DNA of 63,842 nt, counting the filler, from Choristocarpus tenellus KU-1152 (Eukaryota; Protista; Phaeophyceae), in the NCBI GenBank assembly GCA_964200185.2. It is 11 parts of 11 records of this genome, joined end to end, with 100 filler letters (N's around TTAATTAATTAA, not from the genome) between each part and the next. Parts side by side here need not be neighbours in the genome. Positions count along the whole stretch, not along the records: positions 1 to 14,496 come from CAXNAD020001173.1; 10 more parts are not named here. One strand, written 5' to 3'. Positions 1 through 12,123 of this stretch are shown piece after piece. The translations under genes and the position numbers were made by a program. The notes below the pieces were generated by a model. It searched no databases. It was given only the letters and a program-made list of their open reading frames with translations, and was not told the DNA's origin. Each line of letters opens with the position of its first letter. Within the stretch, counting starts at the first letter, position 1.

Positions 1-284
1 TGCCTTACCGGGGGGGGGCAGCCAGGGGGGGAGTAAGGAGGAGGGGGGGAGAGTACTTGTTGGGTTCTTAGTTGAGGTGTTTTATTTACTGCCTCTTTTT
101 TTAATGTGAATGTGTGGGATGGATGTTTGCGATCGGGGTAATGGAGCATTTTTGGGTCTCTCAAGCATTTTTTTTTTTAATCACTTGATTTTTTTTTTGT
201 TACCCCTCCCGCTCGAAGGACAGGGGAGAGTTTTGTTTGTTTGTTTGATGGATTTCCGAATTTTACTCTTGTATGAATCAGGGG

Positions 285-286
<2 letters not shown>

Positions 287-314
<28 letters not shown>
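287..314. repeat. (GA)n microsatellite
   Basis: Read directly. Other simple repeats: (TG)n ~1814-1836 and ~10242-10268, (TGG/TAG)n ~5507-5541, (CT)n ~40470-40488, AAT/AGT-rich tract ~38240-38372. Confidence 0.9.
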
Positions 315-317
<3 letters not shown>

Positions 318-1255
318 AGGTGTATTTTGGTTTTGTTGTCGGTAGACCTTTACGACTGCGCAAGAAAAGAAAATTGCTGATGGTGTACATTGAGTCACTT
401 CCATCCCGCTACAAGTATTGTACCGTTTACGTCAGCCTTTGAAACGAAGTTGCAGTGTAGTGGGCAGCACGGGATGGCCACGGGACGAACCAATGATGGT
501 ATATGTTGGAACATCTTACACTGTTGATGGTGAATATCCCAACATAATACCAATTCGCAGAGGAAACATTTCCTTCGTTTTATGAAAACTGGGAATCCTC
601 TGGGGTCGTTGATGGTCTGCCCAAGACTCCAACCCCTATTTTGTATACTCCCATCATACAGCTCCACTGGGCCTCCGTATCCTAGTCGGCAGAGATCAGA
701 AATTTCCTGGGGTAGCGAGTGATCTGTCCCCATAAAAAAAAAATACTACTTGAGTTGGTGGCCTGAATCAATCACCATCTGTGATGGAGCAAGCACCCTA
801 AGCTCTCTTCAGTATTGAAGGTTGTTGTTAAGCAAGATTTTGTATGCACTGAAGGACGTGCTGAAAATAGAAAAAAATAAAGTCAACTGGCAAATGCAGT
901 TCATAAATCCTGTTTTTCATTTTGCTCTACCTCTACGGATGTAGAGAGTTAGTTGTCTAGAGGGGTTGACTCTAACATGGCCCTCTGGCTCGTCTGCCTG
1001 ACTCCACCCTTACCCCTTGATTATATCCTGCACATGACATCTGGGGTAAGGAGGCGGGGGTATGGAGGAGTGGCAGATATGTAGAGGGATATGGGATGGG
1101 ATTGCAACTATTGCTAGGGCGTATGCTACGATCAGGGCAGATTAGACAGCCGGCCTTTCTGTCACAACATGCAAAAACAAAAAATAAAAACCTGAGGTGT
1201 CCCAAAACATATTTTTTCTCTTTTTTGATCATACGCCTTGACTTGTTTTCTGCAG

Positions 1256-2125
1256 GATGTACTCCAAGTCCATGGCAAAGCCTGAGACGGAATTCATGAT
1301 GGGGTCAGACAAGCGTTACAAGGAGGTGTTGGCGACAGAGGACTACAAGAATGCGGCGGAGAAGGCCGGCTTGGGTGAGATCTATCGGAGCTTGACCCGC
1401 CTGCAGAAGTGGTGAAAGGGTGGCCTGTCTCCATGAGCAAGCCTGCTCATCATGCACAGATGCGCTGCGACTCACATGGCGCTCGCATGCATCATTACAA
1501 TGCCCTAACCCTTGCCGTGCATAGGGAGTAACTGTATGCACACAAAATGAATACGCATGTCCCACTCTTCCACCGCCTGTGTCACAACTCTGTTGTGGTG
1601 TCCTGCTTCAGTCCCCCGATGTTATTCTTTGGTAGTTCGTGTTTTCCCCCCCCTGCAACTGCTTGCTCTCCTAGTATATGGTATGGCGTGACTGGTGGTG
1701 AACATGGCGGCGGTGTAGTGTGCATCTCTATGGGTAAAAAGACAGAAAAAAAAAACTATTTTTTGGTCTAAAGAGCAAAATATTTCCTCTGGCGACTTTA
1801 TTTCTAATTTGCATGTGTGTGTGTGTGTGTGTGTGTTTTCCACTGTATATTTTTCCCCTAGAATTTAGTTTTTTATTTTGAATGGATTCATTTGCACCCT
1901 GACAAGAAAATGTCAATGTGTAAGGCTACAAACAAATCCTGCATACAGATGTGTTCTGAGATGTGGTACTCAGGTCATGCAATGCAGCAGCCCCACTAAT
2001 ATGCAATACATGCTTTTGTTGGTGGGGGGGGAAGGACACAGCACAAATTTCTAACCCCCTTTTTTGCCAGTATGTGGGTCTGGCTTATCATTGTCTCTAT
2101 TGCAGGGACAAGAATACCTTGGTGA
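1256..2125 (+). CDS. 3' exons of an unidentified protein (partial)
   Basis: Exon 1256-1374 (ttttctgcag acceptor, GTGAGA donor) encodes MYSKSMAKPETEFMMGSDKRYKEVLATEDYKNAAEKAGL. It joins in phase 1 to exon 2106-2125 (tattgcag acceptor), GTRIPW*. Confidence 0.55.
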
Positions 2126-4116
2126 TATAGTGGTTGATACATATGAGGGTATAGGGGAGGTTGGAGAGTGGAGGCATATGATTGGCTCATTGCGACATAT
2201 ACGCTGCTTGATTGGTCTAAGTGTTGCCTTGTGTGACATATCCCCCATCCCTTGATCTATTTTGATGTTGTTCATCCTGGTCTGAATCTGCAGGGTGGGA
2301 AATTCATCTGTTTTGAGTGCATGTCCAAATTCCATTTTGTTGCTTGCAAGACTCTTTAGATGAGGATCAGCGTGTCCAACCAAGGTTGCTTTGTTTAGGA
2401 AAGGTGTTGTTGGTGTTCTTTTAGAAAGCTTCATCTGCCTGTTTTCGTTCTTCTTTCCCAAGTATATTCAAAAAGCACTTGCAGTATGTAGGTACTACTA
2501 CGGTGCTCGATTTTGGTTGGAAACCCTGAATGGCATTGTTGTACATATGTGCCGGCAGGGTTGATGCCCCCCCTGCCCCTGTGATTTACACAACGTTGGG
2601 TTTGCTAGTGGTGTTGTGGTGTTGTGGCTGACCTTCGATTGTTGAATTCGCTCGCCTGTCCTTCTTTTGAGAAGGATTAATGGTAGACTGATTTTTGCCT
2701 CGCCCGTTGGTTGATGGAGAGGTAGTGGGACTGGTGAGGTATCGGACTTTCGTAGCCTGGTTTAGAATGACAAGATTGGTTCCTTGGTTCCAGAGTGCAG
2801 GTTGACAGGTGAAGATATAATAACATGTTACGAAGATTTTAATAATTATTTATTTCTATCCACCGGTCGTCAAGTTCTCCGCCACATCAGGCGATAAAAA
2901 AAAACGAACTTTTTTCTTTGATTCCTCAATAATTTTTTCAGCAGCGGACATGGACTATCCAAGGTCCGCCATCATGCCAATTGGGGTACTGCAGCACAGA
3001 ATCAGTACTTCTGATAACTCCAGCACTGTTTCGAAGTATGTTATTCCAAATAGAAGACAGATGTCTTGGTGTGTGTAACGCACTCTTGGTAGTGCCTCTA
3101 GGCCATCAGGGTTAAGGGAGTATTGTTATAGTGCCGTTTTTTGTACTGAATCTATGTGGCAGTGCAATTTTGCTTAATTTTTTTTTCCTCCTCCTGTCGG
3201 CATGATGGATGCGTCTTGCAGGTATATGGCAGTAGTCGCCATCTATTGACAGTGCCGCTTTAAATGTAAGCGTGCAGATCAAGCAAAATTGACCGTAACA
3301 TGAACAAATGAAAATAACCGTTTTGTTGAAGCCTTGCTGCCAGTGTTTATGAAGGATGCTTGTTAGCTTTTTCCGTCTTGCCCTCTCATGTCACCAAAAA
3401 CGACTGTTCCTCCGGTTTTAATTCCTGCAACTGCTCTGTGCATCCGCAGGCCGAAGATTCAAACCGCCTTTCTCCTTGGCTAGTAGTTACATTCTTCTTC
3501 ATTTCTTCACCTCAAACTCTCTGCTGGTCAGTTACTGATCATGGCTGTTGTGGGTTTCCTGGTGCACCATCACCTCAGCTGGTGGCAGATGAGCTGGTGG
3601 TTAACTGAGGATGGACTTTGTGGCAGAATTGGAACTTAATTTTTCCCAACCATTCAAAAAGTAGTAAGCACGAGGTACAGAGAGATGAAGTATTGTTGGG
3701 TCTAAGAAAAATTGTTACATCTAATTTTTTATTGTGTTATTATTGGTGTTTTTTTCAAGGAAGATAAGGACAGGACAAACGAACTTGTTTATCCACTCTG
3801 CATCCCACCATCCAAATGAGACTCCAATTCGGGCACAAAATCCAAAATTTGAAGGTCGGCAAAGGGGTGTCACACTATATGCTACACATTATATATGTTA
3901 GTATTATGCCCTCTGAAATTTTGGAGACGTGTCAGGGTAAAAACCAATGAAAACTATGCACATGTCAGAAAAATCCCCCAAAAAGTAACGGTTGTTGTAA
4001 AAATGTGGAAGACATAATCTATTTACTCTTACTACCAGCTATGGTACACCGCTGCCCTCCCTTGCCTCCAGCCTAGCTTAGTCTTGCACCCCAGTGTAAA
4101 GACCAAGGGAACCATC

Positions 4117-4216
4117 CCAAGAATCTAACAAGCCCCTCCTTGCCCATCTTCCTAGTGTCTCCAGCTTAAAAGCACGACCCATCTAGATAGGGCCACCTGT
4201 GTTGTGACGGAGACTA
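4117..4216 (+). repeat. Dispersed repeat, with an inverted copy at 48501-48592
   Basis: ccaagaatctaacaagcccctccttgcccatct...ccagcttaaaa matches the reverse complement of the end of contig 7. Confidence 0.8.
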
Positions 4217-5980
4217 CGTTATTATTATGCATTCCAACATTGGTTGTTGCCCTCAACGGTACAAAAAGTTCCACACACACGTACTGTGAATAGGCATGTT
4301 CTTAGTCATACCATACCACCGATCAAACCGGAATCCTATCTATAATTTTGGACTCATAAAAAGACACGATTTTTTTTGTTTCCGACATAATATTCCTTAG
4401 TACTATTTTGATGACAGCCTTTGCCGGATGATATTTATTGTGCTTTGTGAGAACTCCTGTGGATCCAGTGGCACTTGCGAGGGTCCTGGGTTCTCCGTTT
4501 TGGGTTATTATTGCACAATCGTACGATTCTGGATTTTACTTGGAAAAATATCTAGTAGTACCGACACTGACAATGATGGAAGGGTTTTATTCATTATGTT
4601 TTGTATAATACGGATGATGCCTTCATATTGATTTGACTTCAAGAATAATATTTGTAGAGGATGGGTAACAATTTTCTGTTTATGGATATGAAGTTAAGTC
4701 AACATTATTTACATTTGGAGCTTTTTTTATTGCAACTCAACTGGTTCTAATGATTATTTTGAAGATGGTCTTTTTAATATTTGATATACCATCAATAATT
4801 AAGAAAAAATGGCATAAGCGTAAACTAATTCAAGTTAATAATAAGCTTTTGCATGTTTTGGTACCCTCGATAAAATATGCACTACTACCAACTGAGACGA
4901 TGGGCATATCTCACTCGTTCAAATGACATCCTCCCACAGGACAAATTAGCCTGCGAGGATGGTCACCGTTGGGTTTCTCTTGAATAGTAGGTATGTTGGA
5001 CATGTCAATGCCAGCAATCCGTCATGCACAACCCTAGCGCTTATCAAAACTGAGAGGCCTTCCATACTGTGAATGATACAATCTGATAAGCAAACATGAC
5101 TGGTTACGTCAAATTGACACACTACACATGTCATTAATACGACTTCATCCTTCAATAATCTAGATTACTTTTTGAAAAGCGAGTGTACCCGCCCATCACA
5201 ATTGTTGCTACTAAAGTATATAGGGACATACTAATGTTGTCGCTAATATCGCCTTCAAAAGCATGCTTTCGAGAACCGTTAACGATCTATCCTACCTTTC
5301 GCACTGCTTAAATTGTAGTGCTTTAGACTGTGCCTAGAAAAATGACATCCACCCCTGGTTCTTACCCCTACTCATCACTAATTTGATGTTTGAATGATAT
5401 TCAATTGTTTTTTATTACATACTCGTCCTCAACTATAGTACCGATTTTTTATCTCGGTTGTATCAACCATCATGCGTACGTACAGCACTACTGCAAAATA
5501 TGTTTCGTGGTAGTGGTGGTGGTGGTGGTAGTAGTAGTAGTATAGTTGTGGTAGTATCTCTTTCGAAAAGTTGGCGATATAGACATCCGGAATGTGTTGC
5601 GTGCCGCCCATGCGCCAACGCTTGCTTCGGTTTTGCCCCCCCCAATTTATTCTGAGTGGAAGAAAAACAAATACAGTGGGTTAAAGACCAAGGGTTGGAT
5701 GTAGGACTAGGTTTAGACTTCTTCAGGATCAGTAATACATTATTGCAAAGCAGCAGAATAGACTTTGAAATCGTGCAGGGACCTTTTTCGAGGGTTGGAA
5801 AGAGCGCCATTTTTGAAGGGGACATTGTTGTGTTGTTAGTTTTTGAAATAGTACATGTACTAGGGAGGTGTCTTAGTATTGACGACAACTAACTGTTGTA
5901 TACAGTAGTAGTCCTTATCATATAGTTTTGGTCTTGGTTTTCCCCCCCCCCTGACACATTTGCAAGATGTAACAGGGCAT

Positions 5981-6118
5981 AAATAATATAATAGAGTCGG
6001 AGATGATCCCGACCCATGGTCAGAGGTGCTTTGCGCTGCACTACTACTGTGCACAAATAATATAATAGAGTCGGCTATGATCCCGACCGATAGTCAGAGG
6101 TGCTATGCACTGCACTAC
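5981..6118. repeat. Tandem duplication, ~74-bp period, 2 copies
   Basis: taatagagtcgg..atgatcccgacc..t.gtcagaggtgct.tgc.ctgcactact starts at 5989 and again at 6063. Confidence 0.85.
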
Positions 6119-6481
6119 TTCTCATACTACTGGCTGTTTGTTGCAATACCGTACATCGGATTGTTCTGCCTCTGTTCCTTTGCCTTCCTTCTCACAGGTT
6201 GAGTTCAGCACTCCCCCACTGGTCATCACTCTGTCTCCTCTCTCGAATCTTCTCCTGGACCTCCCCACCCCGAAGTTTCCACCTTGCTCTTGGTTAGGCG
6301 TTTTTATGGTGCAGCGCGGACAGAATACTATAGGAGGTGTACAATTTGTTGTATATTTGACACATAGTATCATCATCGAAACCATATTTTCGCGAAAAGA
6401 AGCCTAGTTTCACAATGGTTTGAGCCCGTTGAGTTAGCACAGGAAATCTGGTACGTTGACCACTCACACCCAAAGTCGGCG

Positions 6482-6486
6482 AAAAA
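6482..6486 (-). terminator. Pol III oligo-T terminator of the tRNA-Pro gene
   Basis: TTTTT on the minus strand, 3 nt after the discriminator base. Confidence 0.75.
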
Positions 6487-6489
6487 TGT

Positions 6490-6562
6490 GACCCGAGGCG
6501 AGACTTGAACTCGCGATCTCCTCTACCCTAAAGAGGAATCTTACCAACTAGACCACCCGGGC
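6490..6562 (-). tRNA. tRNA-Pro(AGG)
   Basis: Minus strand GCCCGGGTGGTCTAGTTGGTAAGATTCCTCTTTAGGGTAGAGGAGATCGCGAGTTCAAGTCTCGCCTCGGGTC (73 nt). It has a 7-bp acceptor stem with 2 G-U pairs, anticodon stem CCTCT/AGAGG with loop TTAGGGT, T-arm GCGAG-TTCAAGT-CTCGC and discriminator C. Confidence 0.9.
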
Positions 6563-6776
6563 TTCCTATATACATCACAGAATGATATTGTTGTTTTTGA
6601 ATTGACTAATACAAATGAACTATATGTGTGTAGAGGTTAGACCATAATTTTAAAGTATTTATGGTTGTTCCTTTATCCAGAACGCGTCGCAGGGCTTTGG
6701 AATTCCCATGGTTTTTCTTATCTCAACAACTTGATTTCCCATCTATTTTGTGTGTTTTTTTGGCACCGCGAAACAG

Positions 6777-9700
6777 ATGGAGGGTGCCTCACAGCTAGGC
6801 TCGCTCCCTAAAGGTGGAAATGGTGTCTTAACTGGGTGCAAGCGCTCGTCAGACATCTGTGAAAAACTTTCTGCTGGCGAGAAAGCGTCAGATTGTAAGA
6901 AATACGTTCTCTCAATATCAACTTGAAAACTACGAACTTCTTTCCCTCTACAGATTTCAAAATATATATTGCCATGAACAAATTCAGTTGCTTGCGTTCT
7001 CTGTTTGTGGCATATGAGTGATTGAGCGAATCCGATTTTGGAAGCATCACCAGGGTGAGGGAAAGTACTTGAGCACAGACGAATGTACCCAATAACAATG
7101 CCTAAAACGTTTGAACTTCAAGTATGCCGTGCATACATCTAACTCAAAAACGAGTTGAAACCCTACCTTACGCATTTACGTATCTCCTCTCCGATGTACC
7201 AGGTGACATAAAACAAGTTTTGGATGATCTGGCAGATCCTGAAGTGGCTGGGCGAGGGGCGGAGGTGGTGTATGAGAGCATTTTCCTACTCTTGTCTGGA
7301 CATGGAACCGGTACAGGGGTTGGGCTCAAGGAGGAGGTCGTGGGTGGGGATATGTTTCTTGATAGACTCACTGTTCGACTCCAGGAAGACCTGCGTGTTC
7401 GTCAGGTTCGATTGGACCACCCTATCACCTATCAGGGCAGCCTCTGTCAACGCATTTTTTTTTAACAGTTGTGGTATGATGTAGCTCTAATGACCGACGG
7501 TAATATCCAATAAGATGGAACTTGTAGTAGGCAGGTCCCCATCTACCAATGCTGTTAATGTCAGCGTAACATGTTGAGCACACTCATGATTTTTCCCGAA
7601 CCTGTGAGTGGCCGTCCAGTTGAAACAAGTTGAAGGGGTAGAAAGTAGGTCGAGGACTATGGGTGAAACTGGTTCTGTTCTTTGCGTTTATCTTTCCTAA
7701 TCCGAGCGCTTGGATCACTCTTGAACACAAAACCCGATGCTGCTGAGATCACCTACGTCACTTAAAGGATATACTCGTTTGTTGTGCAACGCTTTTTCGA
7801 AAGTGCTTGAGTATTGCCAACTATTGTTTGAAGACCGGTCTAGTCTTTCCACCACGATGTGTGACAACCTTGCCTTAACTCCAGCCTACTCCACCTCATG
7901 ACACCCCACCCGACCCTACTCTCCTCCTAAGTACATCACTACTATTTAATTATTTCTTACAATTTGGTGAAAACAGGGTGTTACAGGAAGCCTGGAGGCA
8001 GCTCGAGCCGGCCTGAAGCTGGTGGCCAACCTCCCAGCTGAGGCGCTTTGCAAGCTGTTAGGAAGGAGAGAGGTCAGTTTTTTTAATAGCCTAGCAAAAC
8101 TTCATTTTGAAGTTTGCCCTTGTCCTCTCTAGAGCGTTAAGGATGTGGTGGAGAAGTGTTGAAGCCACTTTAGTCAACGCTTCAATAGTACCATGATATC
8201 AAATGGTGCACCCACCACCGTGTCATTCATTATCCCCCTCTCTGTGTTGCTAATGATTGTAGAAGGGTACTTTAATTTTTGCAAGGTATTTATCATGTCT
8301 CACTTTAACACAGACTGCTGCTCCGAAGACAGAGTGCTTTATGATATCCTAGTCCTATCAATGTTTCTGTGCAGTGTACCTAGTGATGTTGATGTTATGT
8401 GTGTTGTGCACTGTGAGGAGCAGACTCCTACATGGAAAGTGCTTGGCGAAGGGAATCGAACGATGCAATAGGATTTGCTCACTAGTGGGCAGTGCACCTG
8501 TTATCCTGGGGCAAGGGATGCTAATTCCGGAGCAAAATGTAGGAGTTACATTGCCCTGTGCATGTGTCGGTGCCAAGGTATCATGGCAAAAGGTAGTATG
8601 AGTTATTTGCGTCAATCATGAGAGGGCTGGCTTTTCTCTTTGGATTGAGCTCGGGTATATTTCCCCATGGTCATAAGTGGTGCAGATTGAGAGAGAGAAC
8701 CATTGGGAGATGAAACATGCATTTAATTTTTAATGGCACATTTTTTTCGCTCCCCAGAGACGAGACTCTTGTCTCAAATGTTCACATCTTGCTGCTTTGC
8801 AGTACAATAATACATACATATATATATATATACATTCCTCTCAAGCTAGATAGAATATGATGAAATAATATCATCATTTAGCACGTTATGTAGTAATGTA
8901 GTAGGTAGAATCAGGTAGCGGCAGCAGTGCTAATGAAATTGTCATGTTCTACATGCACATGCCTCTAGGAAGCATTTTGCTCCTATGCCAGGGCAAGGTG
9001 ATGCTACTGGTCTGGTCCAGTGTAAGAATGCCCCAGGAGGGGTGCTTTAGAGTTAGTATTTCACTCTGTAGTGAAAAAAAATGTTTTCTTCTTGACATTT
9101 TTCATGGCATGATATGAAGTCAAAAGTGCTCAATTTCCTGTGTTAAACTGTACACCCAAGTGGCTTGTTGAAAGTGGCACCTGTTGTACATGCCCAAAAA
9201 TTATCTTCCTGGTCCACTTACTGTTGCCTCTTCCTTCCTATGATCCTTTCGTACCAAGACTTTTGAGGTACTTCATCCTTTTTCTTTACAGCTGAAAATT
9301 AGAAAAATAAAGGTGAATTTTTGGAGGGGAAGTAGATCATGCTCATCAACAGTGGTTGTGTTGTTTTCCTCTAGATACTTCAATCAACCTTTGATTGAAG
9401 GAGTGGTCATGTGCCCAACTTTTCTGAATAGAAGTTGCCGTTTCGAGTTTATTTTTTTGTTTGAGTCCATTCCTACACTAGTATCAGTAGTATGTTACAA
9501 CGTTTATTTTTTTATTTGAGGGAGTATCCTGCACTTCGGTTTTATGCTCTTGACTATGTCAGCTGAACAATGACGTGATTTGTTTCAGTATTTGATGCCA
9601 TTCCCTTCATGAGGCGAAACATTGGCTGTTTGAGGTAAGAGTGTTGCGCATGGTGCACACCCCTGTAGTGAATTAGGTTACCAAATGCTCTTGGGTAACC

Positions 9701-10237
9701 AAAGGGTTGGAGCTAGAGTTATGGTTATTTAGTTCTATATTTAGAACTAAGAGCGACAAAAAAATGACGAGAAGAGTTTAAAAATTATTTCGAAAACCTA
9801 GCCCTTTGTTTTTCTAAGGTGGGTTTGGTTTCCTAATCCACTGGACACCTCCCATCTCTCCTTGAACACACGCCCCTCACGCACAGCTCAACGCCGTGTT
9901 AAAAAAATCGTACTCCCGTGCACCCTCAGTTACCTTCCTTTCTTCTGTTGTCCATGCTTTTTTTCCCACAATAATAAACGGTATCTATTGTTTGTTGTCC
10001 AGGCTTCTGTGGCACTACAAGATTGTGTGTCCTCACAGCCCGATACCTCACTGCGATCGTTTGCCATTGTATCAATGGGGGAAGCGGGTGAGCGCTGCTG
10101 GTCGTTCCTGGACAGGCGTCCCTTTCTCAATGGGGGTTTTGAATCAGGGGTAGACGCTCAGCGTTTCACGCAGGTTGGTGTATTGTACTTTGAGTGGGTG
10201 TTGTACTGTGTGTTGTACTATGTGTCGTACTGTGTGT

Positions 10238-10269
<32 letters not shown>

Positions 10270-12080
10270 AGTGCACATGTGCACTCCCTAATCCTAGCGT
10301 TTTGGACCTCTCGAGTCATCGTTTCTCCTTGAACTGTTTTGAACGTGTACTAAGAGTGTTGTTATAAATGCTAATGGTGTCTGCTAGTGGTGCACTGGTA
10401 CACTTGCCCAGTTTTATTTTTGGACAGCTGTAGCCAGCTTGTTCTGCTGTTGAGGAGAGTGTATGTCTTTTTGTGATGAGAGTGTTATGTCTTTTTGTGA
10501 TGAAACTGGACCGTGTGTTCACAACAAAAACTTGAGTTCCAAAATGACCTCTTTTTGATTGTCAGGGGCTCTTAGATACCACTAACTCTGCGCCAAATGA
10601 GCACAATAGTGAATTGATGCTATCAATACCATGTCTGCTTTTGTAGAAGTACCTAGATGATTTACACCTGATAATGCTGGGGATGAAGGAAGGTGTGTGT
10701 TATCAAGGAATGAAATGTGACTTAGGCAGTGCTTCCACTATTACATAGCCTACTTCGAAGAAACTCTCCCACTGTGTGCTTGAAATATGGTGAAAAATAA
10801 TATATATATATGTTTAATTTCATGTCAACAAATGTAAAGCGAATCACATCATGAAACCCTAACGCCATCCAATTCCTTTCCAACCTCTGTCCATTCGCAC
10901 CCCCCCTACCTCCCCCGCCTACCCATGAACTGTGAACTCCATTTTTGGTCCTATGGACAGAAAGTCCGTGACTGGGTTATCGACCTCTTTCAGGGCCTGG
11001 TGAAGCAATGTGAAGATCCGAGTCATCCCGTGGCGGCATCTTGCTTTCTAGCGCTTCGCCGCCCGCTACAGCACCATTTACTATGCCAAACTAGGGTGGA
11101 TGAGGAGTTGGATAGCTTCTGGGGAGGGCATGGGAGAAGGGGCACACTGCCTGTAGAGGCTGGGTACAAGCAGGTGATGGCGGGGGGGGGAGAGGTTGTG
11201 AGGGTATGGGTTTTGTTTCGTGTGTACTGTTGTTGGCTGCAGGTTGTGTTATGGATGATAATGGGCGGGTAAATCAGAGGGATATAGGAGAATGGGATGG
11301 CAAGGTGCTACTACTGGCGTGGTGCAACCGTCACAGTATGGTGCCTGCGGCATTGCTCTTTTGGGGAGAGGATTGTGGGTACTTGTTTGCTGTGGCTACA
11401 ACTCTTGTTTGAGGTGTTTGAGGTGTGTGAGCGTGTGAAGTCCCACATGCTAGTAACTGGTAGTGTGCGTTGCCGCCATGGGTAAGCAATTCTGCATGTT
11501 CAACTTGTCCATGATTATTTCCACCGCTGTCTTCAGTAACCCAATTTTCGCCCCCTTTAGCCCCCCTATTTTCCCCTGTGGATGCATGCCTACAGCTTAA
11601 ATAGCGCCCCTGAAATGACCTTGTTCAGAACTGCTTATCAGTGAGTGCCCCCATCCCTTCTCTCCCCACGTGCAACTCTGATCCATGGCGAGTTGATCAG
11701 GCGTTTCCCTTGCAACACCTTGCAGAGGCAGTGCTCAAGTCAGCCATGCCCTCCCTGCGGCGACTGCAGCTCCGTGAAAGGGCTCTTCCACGGAGGTACA
11801 GGCCTCCAGCACTTTGTCTTTGCACTATCCTACTTGTCGCCGCCCTTCGCCTCTGTAGGAACCCTACCCAAGGAATATGTTTTCGCAGTCATCTGTTGGA
11901 AGTACCTTCCTCCACTGAGGGTTTCCTTGGGTTTGGAGGCATTGGCAGTGGGCGTGGCGACCACACCAGTGTAGCGGATATTTGGGGCACAGTGGGTGGG
12001 GTTGGGGGGGGGGGGGGGGAAAACCTTCACCCCCGAAAACAAACCGTGAGGGGAGGGGGNNNNNNNNNNGGGGTGGGGGT

Positions 12081-12123
<43 letters not shown>

